From: Promethearchaeota archaeon
Lineage (GTDB): Archaea; Asgardarchaeota; Lokiarchaeia; Sigyniarchaeales; SOKP01
Reading direction: 5' to 3'
Assembly: GCA_011364975.1 (NCBI GenBank)
Contig: RDOE01000029.1
Coordinates: forward strand, 1-38,117
DNA: 38,117 bases
Both the position numbers and the translations under genes were made by a program. This document shows, piece after piece, positions 30,129 through 38,117 of this stretch. The notes below the pieces were generated by a model that saw nothing but the letters and a program-made list of their open reading frames with translations, made no database searches and was not told the DNA's origin. Position 1 is the stretch's first letter, and each line of letters opens with the position of its first letter.

Positions 30129-31337
30129 ATGTCATTTAAACAAGAAGGAAAGAAGAACTTTCCAACGTGGCCGATTTATGATAATAATGAGATTAATGCG
30201 TTAAATAATGTCATTAAATCAGGCAAATGGTGGTGTGGTTCTCCCGGAACACATCAAGGTGAGAATGTTTGGATTTTTCAAGAGCAATTTGCAAAATTTC
30301 AAGAATCCGATTATTGTATTGCGGTTTTTAATGGAACTGTTGCTATAGAAGCGGCACTTATAGCCTTAGGGATAGGATTCGGAGATGAAGTTATTGTATC
30401 AAATTATACTTTTGTAGCTTCTGCTTCGGCAGTGATTGCAACGAATGCAATTCCAATTTTTTGTGATATTAATGCAGATACTTTTGTTATGGATGTTGAC
30501 CTTATAGAAAAACTAATAACAAAAAGAACTAAAGCAATTATACCGGTTCACCTTGCGGGAAATCCAGTAGAAATGGACAAATTAAGAGAAATTTCAGATA
30601 AATATAATCTTAAAGTCATCGAAGATTGTGCTCATGCGCATGGATCCATTTATAAAGGAAAAAAATTAGGCAACTGGGGTGATTCAGGAACTTTTAGTTT
30701 CCAAGCTTCAAAAGTTTTGACTAGTGGTGAGGGTGGGGCAATAATTTGTAATAATGAGTTATTAGCAGATACAATTTATTCATATATAGACTGTGGAAGA
30801 AAAAAAAATGGTTATGGATATAGTCATTTTTCCTACGGTACTAATTATCGAATGACAGAGTATCAAGCGGCAATTCTTCTGGAACAGATAAAAAAATTTC
30901 CAGCTCAACATAAACTCAGAAATGAAAACGCACAATATCTCATGAAAGAACTAAATGCTATCGAAGGGATTAAAACCATGAAAATCACTTCGGGAGCTAC
31001 AAAATTGGGGTGGTATGTTTTTCCTTTCATATTTGATCCTCAAAAGTTTGGTGGGCTAACAAAAGAGGAGTTCAATACACAGTTAAATCAAAATGGAATT
31101 CCTACAGATAACTGCTACCCACCATTGCATAGTTTAGATTGTTTTAAAGAAGTAAAATTAAGAAAGGGAATAAGTTATTCCCATGCAAATTGGGGAGGTA
31201 ATAAAAGTAATGATAAATATTTCCCTGTTGTTTCTGATATTTATTCTAGGAGTATAGAATTCCCGCAAGAAATACTTTTATCTTCCAGAGATCAACTTGA
31301 TTTAATAATTAAATTTGTAAAATCCCTTAAATCTTAG
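30129..31337 (+). CDS. DegT-family aminotransferase, RifK/BtrR/StsC-like
   Basis: FPTWPIYD...SGKWW N-terminus, NGTVAIE, EDCAHAHG, FSFQASKVLTSGEGG, GTNYRMTEYQAA. ATG 30129 preferred over the upstream TTG at 30048. Confidence 0.88.
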   Translation: MSFKQEGKKNFPTWPIYDNNEINALNNVIKSGKWWCGSPGTHQGENVWIFQEQFAKFQESDYCIAVFNGTVAIEAALIALGIGFGDEVIVSNYTFVASASAVIATNAIPIFCDINADTFVMDVDLIEKLITKRTKAIIPVHLAGNPVEMDKLREISDKYNLKVIEDCAHAHGSIYKGKKLGNWGDSGTFSFQASKVLTSGEGGAIICNNELLADTIYSYIDCGRKKNGYGYSHFSYGTNYRMTEYQAAILLEQIKKFPAQHKLRNENAQYLMKELNAIEGIKTMKITSGATKLGWYVFPFIFDPQKFGGLTKEEFNTQLNQNGIPTDNCYPPLHSLDCFKEVKLRKGISYSHANWGGNKSNDKYFPVVSDIYSRSIEFPQEILLSSRDQLDLIIKFVKSLKS

Positions 31338-31339
31338 AA

Positions 31340-32392
31340 TTAGATTAAATGCTCTACTTCCTCAACTTTTTTTGTAGTCGCGCTTTTATACATAGCATCA
31401 ACAATATTCAGGACCCTTCGACCAAAAGTACCATCTGTTAATGGTTTCTTTTTTTTGGTAATACATGAAATAAAATGGGCAATTTCCTGAGGATAGCCAA
31501 AACTCCATGCTTCCGAAGGAACAGGAAAGGTCCAACCTTGAGTACTCCCTGCTTTTTCTACCGCGTATTCATATCCTTTTTCACTATAAACACTAACTAA
31601 GTTTGAAAACGTGGGAGCAACTTTTATTTGGCCTTCCGTACCAAATAGTTCAAACCTCATATCATACCCACCGGGAGCAGTCCATGATTCCTCTATGATT
31701 ATTTGAGCATCATTTTCAAAATATAAAATACCTACCGCATTATCTTCCACTTCACACTGTCCAAAATCACCCCGATTTGGTTTTATTGTTTTTTTCTGAC
31801 AAAAAACTTCTTTTACATTGCAATCGAGGTACCATAATAAACAAGCTATATCATGAATTCCGAGATCTAATAAAGCACCACCTCCTGATTCATTTGCTTT
31901 ATAAAACCAAGCAGAGTGAGGGCCTGAATGTTGCTCCTTTCCCCTCCCCATATATATTTGCCCTATTGCTCCCTCTTCAATTACTTGTTTAACTTTAGTA
32001 AATGATGGTGCATACATGTTATTCTCGCAGTAAAATATTTGCCTATTTGAAGATTTTTCAGTTTCTAGCATTTCGTTAGCTTCAGAAATGTTCCTTGCTA
32101 ATGGCTTTTCAACAAATGCATGTTTTCCAGAATTCAAAATATCATTGGTAATCCTTTGATGTAAAAAATTAGGAACACATACCGATATTATTTCACAATC
32201 AGTTTTCAGTAAATCTTCATAATTATTATATAGTTTTCCTAATAAATTATACTTCTTCATCAAAACTCTCGCTTCATCTTCATTGATTGAGCAAATCCCG
32301 ATGATTTCTACATTAGGTAATAATGAATATGCATAGCAATGATGCTCTGCTATAAAACCTGAACCAATAATTCCTACTTTAATCTTGTTCAT
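31340..32392 (-). CDS. Gfo/Idh/MocA family oxidoreductase
   Basis: GIIGSGFIA, VPNFLH, VEKPLA, SGGGALLDLGIHDI, VEDNA. Confidence 0.93.
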   Translation of the reverse strand: MNKIKVGIIGSGFIAEHHCYAYSLLPNVEIIGICSINEDEARVLMKKYNLLGKLYNNYEDLLKTDCEIISVCVPNFLHQRITNDILNSGKHAFVEKPLARNISEANEMLETEKSSNRQIFYCENNMYAPSFTKVKQVIEEGAIGQIYMGRGKEQHSGPHSAWFYKANESGGGALLDLGIHDIACLLWYLDCNVKEVFCQKKTIKPNRGDFGQCEVEDNAVGILYFENDAQIIIEESWTAPGGYDMRFELFGTEGQIKVAPTFSNLVSVYSEKGYEYAVEKAGSTQGWTFPVPSEAWSFGYPQEIAHFISCITKKKKPLTDGTFGRRVLNIVDAMYKSATTKKVEEVEHLI

Positions 32393-32461
32393 GATAAAAC
32401 ATCAGTATATATTAATAGTATTATATTTGACTATGTGTAAATAAAACATTTAAACTTGGTT

Positions 32462-33571
32462 TTATTTCCAGAATTGTTGGGGTTTTAGATAACGTTTTAT
32501 TTTTGAAAAGGGACAAACAGCAATACAATTTCCACAATCACTAGAATTTTCTATCCAAAATTTAAAACATTTTTCAGCATGTATATAATACTTCTTTACA
32601 CCAGGATTATTGGATATTGACTTTGGATTATAATTTGGCTCAGTATCTCTTGGAATCGCACTAGTTTCGCAAGCTTCCGCACAATTATTACATGATTTAC
32701 AAACATTATCAATCTTTCTAATAAAACTGATATTTGGTTTATCCACTATAAGTGGCAGGTCTGTGAACACTTTACATATTCTGACACGAGGTCCATATTC
32801 AGGTGTGATTAATAAACCATGTCTTCCCAAAGCTCCAAGTCCAGCATCGATAGCTAAAGGAATACTTAAAGCTGTATCATTTCCACATTGTATAGCACGA
32901 TAACCTAAATTTCTTATAAATTCACCCAAACAAGCAATTACGAAGGCCATTTTTGAATAAGCGATCGCTGCAGCTGCAGCCGCTGGTTGAGCTGGGGCTG
33001 TGGAAATGGCTTCTTCATCCATCTCAATTGCCATGACAATCACCTTATTAATACCTGTAGGTAAATTAATCGGAGTTTCTAATATAGAATCCATCGATTT
33101 ACCTTCCCTAATATTTCTTTTAGAATCTGCTTCACTGGTCAATTGTGGTCTAACAAATCCTGATTTATATATCCACTTTTCATTAACATCTGCTACTCCA
33201 ACTAGCGAAGCACCGTAAAATTTTGCTGCTTTTTTAATCCAACTAGTAAATTCTGAATGATCTTTGATTTTATATTTATTTTTCATCCAATTAATCCCAT
33301 ATCCAATATCAACTAATTCTTTTCTTTCCCACATAAATGCATAAGGAAATTTTTCATATATAGTCCAACCTGCTGCAACTAAAGCAAAATCTAACCGAGA
33401 ATACCCTTCTTTATGAGAATTGATATGATTTTGTATATTTGTTTCAAACATCTTGCCATATATATCTAAACTTTTGTCCCAAGTTCTCCTGTAAATCATA
33501 TTATTTTTTTGTTCGAACCGTTGATATATTGTTTCGTCTATTTCATAAGCTGATTTTATTTCATTCCCCAT
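32462..33571 (-). CDS. Reductive dehalogenase-like cobalamin/Fe-S protein
   Basis: KKAAKFYGASLVGV, AIDAGLGALGRHGLLITPEYGPRVR, VFTDLPL, CKSCNNCAEAC and CFKFW...CGNCIAVCP; no twin-arginine signal. Confidence 0.8.
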   Translation of the reverse strand: MGNEIKSAYEIDETIYQRFEQKNNMIYRRTWDKSLDIYGKMFETNIQNHINSHKEGYSRLDFALVAAGWTIYEKFPYAFMWERKELVDIGYGINWMKNKYKIKDHSEFTSWIKKAAKFYGASLVGVADVNEKWIYKSGFVRPQLTSEADSKRNIREGKSMDSILETPINLPTGINKVIVMAIEMDEEAISTAPAQPAAAAAAIAYSKMAFVIACLGEFIRNLGYRAIQCGNDTALSIPLAIDAGLGALGRHGLLITPEYGPRVRICKVFTDLPLIVDKPNISFIRKIDNVCKSCNNCAEACETSAIPRDTEPNYNPKSISNNPGVKKYYIHAEKCFKFWIENSSDCGNCIAVCPFSKIKRYLKPQQFWK

Positions 33572-33706
33572 TTAAACCTACAACTCTTATTTTAAAAATT
33601 AAAATTCAAGTCTTAAATATTAGTTAAAAGCAACAAATAAAAGTTTTAAACAATTCAAAAATAATTATAAGAAATTTGTTCTATTAAATGCAAAAGTGAC
33701 GATCTT

Positions 33707-34084
33707 ATGAATGATAAACGTTTTATTATAGAGATAGGTTTTGGAGTAGATCAACATGGCCATAATAATGATTGTACTAATGCCTCTATTAAAGCAATAA
33801 AAAATGCGATATCTAATAATTGTCTTACAGGATTAAGTGAGATTTGTGGAATAGATGGTCCAGAAGAACTATTAAAAATGAAAGTACATATTAAATTAGG
33901 AGTTCCTTTTCCTAACAATATCAGCAAGGCTAAAGTCTTGAAAGCGGTACCATTTGGTGTAAAATCACTTGAAGTTGTAAAAGGAGGGTTATTGGCCGAG
34001 GGTATTATGATTAAAGAATTAGGAGATACGTCCAGTAATATCATTATTTGTAATGCTGCAATAACAGTATCAATTAAACTTTAA
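33707..34084 (+). CDS. Lin0512 family protein
   Basis: IEIGFGVDQHG..D.T.A..KAIKNAI..N, LGVP, VPFG, VVKGGL, CNAAITV. Confidence 0.85.
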   Translation: MNDKRFIIEIGFGVDQHGHNNDCTNASIKAIKNAISNNCLTGLSEICGIDGPEELLKMKVHIKLGVPFPNNISKAKVLKAVPFGVKSLEVVKGGLLAEGIMIKELGDTSSNIIICNAAITVSIKL

Positions 34085-34101
34085 CAAGGGGTTAAATAGA
34101 T

Positions 34102-34674
34102 ATGAGAAAGACGTGCGAATGGGCAAGTTTTGATCCTAAAATGCAAGCCTATCATGATAATGAATGGGGAGTACCTGAACATGATGATCAAAAGCTCTTC
34201 GAATTACTAATTTTAGAAGGTATGCAGGCAGGCTTAAGCTGGAGTACAATCCTCAAAAAAAGAGAAAATTTTCAAAAAGCATTTGATTACTTTGATTATC
34301 ATAAAATTTCAAATTATTCGGAGAAAAAGGTGGAGATTTTACTCCAAAATGAGGGAATCATCCGTAATAAACTCAAGATACAAGCTGTAATTATAAATGC
34401 TAAAGCCTTCTTAAAGATTGTCAAAGAATTTGGAAATTTCGATAAATATATATGGAGTTTTGTAGATAATAAACCGATAATTAATCAAAGAAAATCCTTA
34501 AGTGATATTCCTCCAAATACCGCTCTTTCTGATATAATTAGCAGTGATCTGAGAAAAAGAGGATTTAAATTTGTGGGATCTACTATTATATATGCTTTTA
34601 TGCAAGCAATAGGAATGGTTGATGATCACCTAGTATATTGTTTTTGTCATTCTAATAAGAGAAATAATGACTAA
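34102..34674 (+). CDS. tag: DNA-3-methyladenine glycosylase I
   Basis: CEW, YHDNEWGVP, LEGMQAGLSW, IIRNKLKI, GFKFVG, GMVDDHLVYC. Confidence 0.95.
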   Translation: MRKTCEWASFDPKMQAYHDNEWGVPEHDDQKLFELLILEGMQAGLSWSTILKKRENFQKAFDYFDYHKISNYSEKKVEILLQNEGIIRNKLKIQAVIINAKAFLKIVKEFGNFDKYIWSFVDNKPIINQRKSLSDIPPNTALSDIISSDLRKRGFKFVGSTIIYAFMQAIGMVDDHLVYCFCHSNKRNND

Positions 34675-36017
34675 GTATAGTTTAAGTTATCAAGCCCTAA
34701 AACATCTTCTGCGTACTCTTTAAGTGCTTGCCATTGAGATTCAGAAGTTCCAAAATATTTGAAAACTGCAATTCCTAAGCCAAAATCGAAATTCTTTATC
34801 TGCTTTATCATTTCTTCGGTATTACACTCTACAGAATTAGTTACTGCTAATATTGGACTTTTAAATTCGTGAATCCTTTTTTTCATATTTCTAATAAAAT
34901 ACCAGTAGAAAAAATCACCAACTTTTCCCCAAATCCATCCATCATCTCTAGTTCCCATAAGATATGGATATTCCATCGGAGAAGCAACATCCAGAATCGA
35001 AGACAATTTGGACCAATCTTGCCCTAAGCGTTTTCTAGTAAACATATTCTTAGGACCTGGAAGACAAAACCATCCAGAAACACAATCTTCATTAGTTTTC
35101 TTGATAGTAGCATGTAATTTTTGAGCATATTCGGCAATAGTGTTTGATTTAAAGTCATACCATTCCTTACTTGTTAACAACTTAGTTTTATTACCATATT
35201 GCTCGTGAAAGATCTTGGTACAACGCTTACATGCGCATAAATCAACATAACCTCCATCATATCGTATATAATCAGCAAATAGGCCCATAATCTTATAACT
35301 ATTCACAACCTCTTTAGCCAAATCTAATAAATAATCTACATGTTTACTATTAGGGCACATAAAACTTGTTAACGGAATAAATCCTTCTCCTCGTGCCCCT
35401 CGAGATTTACCAACATTTTTATCAATTTTATTTGTTAGAAACGGGATTTTCTCCTTATATTGTTCAAAAGTGATATTATTGGGTAGATTAATTCTCATTT
35501 CACCCTCTTCATGCGTTGAGATATCCCCTCGTTTATATCTTTGCCCTCCCTTTTTTCCGTCTTTGCCGTGAATACTTACTCTTTCAGGATGCTTGAAACC
35601 TTGATATGCATCATTCATACTGGTAAACGATGCCATGATTTTGATATTATAATCCTTTCCAGCATCGCAAAATTCTCCAAGTATATCCCTTCCAGTTGGG
35701 TTCCATCCGTGCTTAGTATTCCATAAACAAGCCCCATCAGTATCCTTAATTACAAGTCCAAATACATTGAAATGAGATTCATTTAACTTCTTCATTATTT
35801 CATTAGGGTTTAAATCTTTTTCTGCAAATTCATAATCTAACTTTCTAAATCCTTTCGGACCTCTTACTGGCATAAGCCCCATCGCGAATATTTTCTTGCT
35901 TCCCAAACTCTTGGAAACCCACTCATTTTTACCTTTTTGGGTGCTCATGTACTTTGACCAATCTATCACCCCTTTCATAAAACTCCACACTTCAAATTTA
36001 CTTTGATTAAACAGCAA
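34671..36017 (-). CDS. Putative glycoside-hydrolase-like TIM-barrel protein
   Basis: KDTDGACLWNT, RDILGEFCDAG, MCPNS, GLFADYIRY, CACKRC, ASPMEYP. Start may be ATG at 35978. Confidence 0.55.
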   Translation of the reverse strand: MLFNQSKFEVWSFMKGVIDWSKYMSTQKGKNEWVSKSLGSKKIFAMGLMPVRGPKGFRKLDYEFAEKDLNPNEIMKKLNESHFNVFGLVIKDTDGACLWNTKHGWNPTGRDILGEFCDAGKDYNIKIMASFTSMNDAYQGFKHPERVSIHGKDGKKGGQRYKRGDISTHEEGEMRINLPNNITFEQYKEKIPFLTNKIDKNVGKSRGARGEGFIPLTSFMCPNSKHVDYLLDLAKEVVNSYKIMGLFADYIRYDGGYVDLCACKRCTKIFHEQYGNKTKLLTSKEWYDFKSNTIAEYAQKLHATIKKTNEDCVSGWFCLPGPKNMFTRKRLGQDWSKLSSILDVASPMEYPYLMGTRDDGWIWGKVGDFFYWYFIRNMKKRIHEFKSPILAVTNSVECNTEEMIKQIKNFDFGLGIAVFKYFGTSESQWQALKEYAEDVLGLDNLNYT

Positions 36018-36252
36018 TTTACTAAAATTAATGCTGAATATTATTTTTTGTATCGATAATTTTTTAAAACAAGAGTATTAATAAATTTTTAAGACTATTT
36101 AAAATATAATTTAATTGATTAATTGAAGATTTATATATCAAATTAGAATTATTAATTATTGAAATCGAATTAAATTATTTAAGTAATAGAATACTTAATA
36201 ACTAAGTCAAAAATCAAAATCAAAATAGTAATTGGAGGCTACTATAATACTT

Positions 36253-36786
36253 ATGTATGATGCTACTTTTAAAATTGTGATATTCGGAGACGCTGGTTGT
36301 GGAAAAACAACACTTACTCAAAGGTTTTTAACAAACTTATTCGTTTCTGATTCTAAGATGACAATTGGCGTTGATTTTGAAGTAAAAAGTTTATCTGTGG
36401 ATAATAACAAAGTAAAACTCCAAATTTGGGATTTTGGTGGAGAGGAGCGTTTTCGTTTTTTACTCCCTACTTATGTAAGAGGTGCTAAAGGGGGACTCTT
36501 TATGTATGATATTACAAACTATTCCTCCATCGCTCATATAGATGATTGGTTGACTGTAATTAGAAAGGAAATTAAAGCAGAAGATGCTTTTCCCATTATT
36601 GTCGTAGGAGGTAAAGCAGATTTAGCAGAATATCGAGAAGTTTCTGCTGAAGATGGTATTAAGATTGCTAAATCTCGCGGTGTTGATGGATTTATTGAAT
36701 GTTCGAGTAAAACTGGAGAGAACGTAGAAAAAAGTTTCCAAGCCTTAACTCAACTAATGATCAATAGTGCTAAAACATTCAAATAA
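36253..36786 (+). CDS. Rab-like small GTPase with atypical G3/G4
   Basis: GDAGCGKT, MTIGVDF, KLQIWDFGGEERFR, GGKAD, CSSK. ATG 36253 preferred over TTG 36232. Confidence 0.93.
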   Translation: MYDATFKIVIFGDAGCGKTTLTQRFLTNLFVSDSKMTIGVDFEVKSLSVDNNKVKLQIWDFGGEERFRFLLPTYVRGAKGGLFMYDITNYSSIAHIDDWLTVIRKEIKAEDAFPIIVVGGKADLAEYREVSAEDGIKIAKSRGVDGFIECSSKTGENVEKSFQALTQLMINSAKTFK

Positions 36787-36828
36787 ATAATAGAGAAATG
36801 TAATTATAACTGATTTAAATAAACCAAG

Positions 36829-37692
36829 TTAATTAACTGCCTTTTGTTTTGAAGACTCCAAATCTTCGCTTTTCAAACTAGGCTTTTCCAGTAATCGGGA
36901 ATTAATGCGCCTATTCAAAACCATTATTTGAAATTCCATATCTTTTTTATAAACGTTAGAAAAGTTTAATAGCTCTTCAATCATTTCAAGCTCTGTCTTT
37001 TCGATTCCAATTTGATGTCCGCCAAAAAGAGAAAGCTCAGCGTATTTCTTTATGAATTTTTCAATCAAATCACTAGATAATACATCTGTACGATCCTTTA
37101 TTGTAATATTTAAGAGCTCCAATAAGTCACTATATTTTTCCCGCTTTCCAAATTGACATAATTTACACTTTGATGCCCGATTTTTTAGTATTAAGAGTAT
37201 TATAATTCCTATAAAATACTTGAAACTCATAACTACCTCATCATAATTCCCATTTTTTAGATGATTCTTGACAATAACATCTGCAATAGAGTATAAACTC
37301 GCAAAATAGATCGCTCTATTAAAATACGCAGGATCTGTGCAAAACAATCGAGTGAACCAGAAAGGCTGAATATCTTTGGGAGGCTCCTCAAAAAAAATAT
37401 AATATACCAATCTACCATCTCTTTCTTTATATAATGTCGCTTCTTTCTTCAACATATTTAAATACGTAGAAATAGTAGAGCGTGCGATCTCTTTATAATA
37501 TTTTTTATATTCGAGTTCTACATCTCTTGTTGTGACCTTTTTCTTTCCTTCCAAATAATACTTCAAGAGAATACCCAGAATCCTATTTTCATGAAGTCTA
37601 CCGGTTTTTATCTGTTGTTCTTCTGACTCATCTTCCCTTATGTTATAAATGTCTAACAATTCTGGTGCGATTTCTTGGATCACTTTTTCCAA
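36829..37692 (-). CDS. Putative winged-helix transcription regulator
   Basis: VTTRDVE...IARSTISTYLNMLKKE..LYKERDGRLVYY wHTH pattern, followed by an uncharacterised helical domain containing CKLC. Confidence 0.7.
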   Translation of the reverse strand: MEKVIQEIAPELLDIYNIREDESEEQQIKTGRLHENRILGILLKYYLEGKKKVTTRDVELEYKKYYKEIARSTISTYLNMLKKEATLYKERDGRLVYYIFFEEPPKDIQPFWFTRLFCTDPAYFNRAIYFASLYSIADVIVKNHLKNGNYDEVVMSFKYFIGIIILLILKNRASKCKLCQFGKREKYSDLLELLNITIKDRTDVLSSDLIEKFIKKYAELSLFGGHQIGIEKTELEMIEELLNFSNVYKKDMEFQIMVLNRRINSRLLEKPSLKSEDLESSKQKAVN

Positions 37693-38117
37693 AATATAAA
37701 TGTTTAATTCTGTAATGATTTAAGATCCTCCCATTTAGAATTTTTAATATAATTAAAATATTAAAAATAATCTCAATTTTTAATAATTTATATTCTAACC
37801 TACTAGAATCATTTATATATTCAAGCAGAGTCGCATTACTATAATAAAATTCTATTAAATATGAGAAGTTAATTTCTATAGATAACGAATGATGCACAAA
37901 AGACAAAAATGTTCATCTAAGGCTTAGAATCTTTGAATGTTTATAACTTTTCTTAAGCTGGGTCCCTCTCTTTGAATATAAATTGCGGAAGTTTCCGATT
38001 AATTCCCAAAGTAACTATATATATGAACTTAATAATATAGTATGCATTCTAAAAGATTATATTATCCTTAGCACTAGTAAGTAATTTGAGATTAATTAAA
38101 ATCTAACTATATTTTTT

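Noticed and set aside
19692-35726. Other nested ORFs (19692, 21733, 23660, 28673, 31777, 33000, 33439, 33751, 35541; likewise 3453 and 5860)
   Set aside because: They overlap confident genes in other frames or strands and show no recognisable features.
37643-37906. 87-aa minus-strand ORF
   Set aside because: Low-complexity Ile/Leu/Asn composition typical of AT-rich intergenic DNA; overlaps the regulator start.

Overview
AT-rich (roughly 30% GC by eye), gene-dense archaeal chromosomal window, most likely Asgard archaea (Lokiarchaeia-like). That call rests on four Rab-like small GTPases without prenylation tails, longin-like and V4R proteins, archaeal TBP, CDC48/VCP, PSTK, a tetraether lipid synthase, an argS-agmatinase-deoxyhypusine synthase cluster and a TAT-less reductive dehalogenase-like protein. 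I found no rRNA, tRNA, CRISPR array or transposase. The strongest candidates for undescribed biology are: (1) a protein of exact 35-aa tandem repeats with a nebulin-like P...S[E/D]xxF pattern and super-repeat structure, a possible actin-filament binder or ruler; (2) two separate V4R (Bet3/TRAPP-fold) plus Rab gene modules; (3) a GC-rich multi-stem intergenic element at 5302-5416; (4) three genes that appear to start at ATT, ATA or TTT exactly 6 nt after a GGTGA Shine-Dalgarno motif; (5) a perfect 26-bp double-TATA palindrome upstream of tbp. All family calls are by motif recognition; no searches were run.
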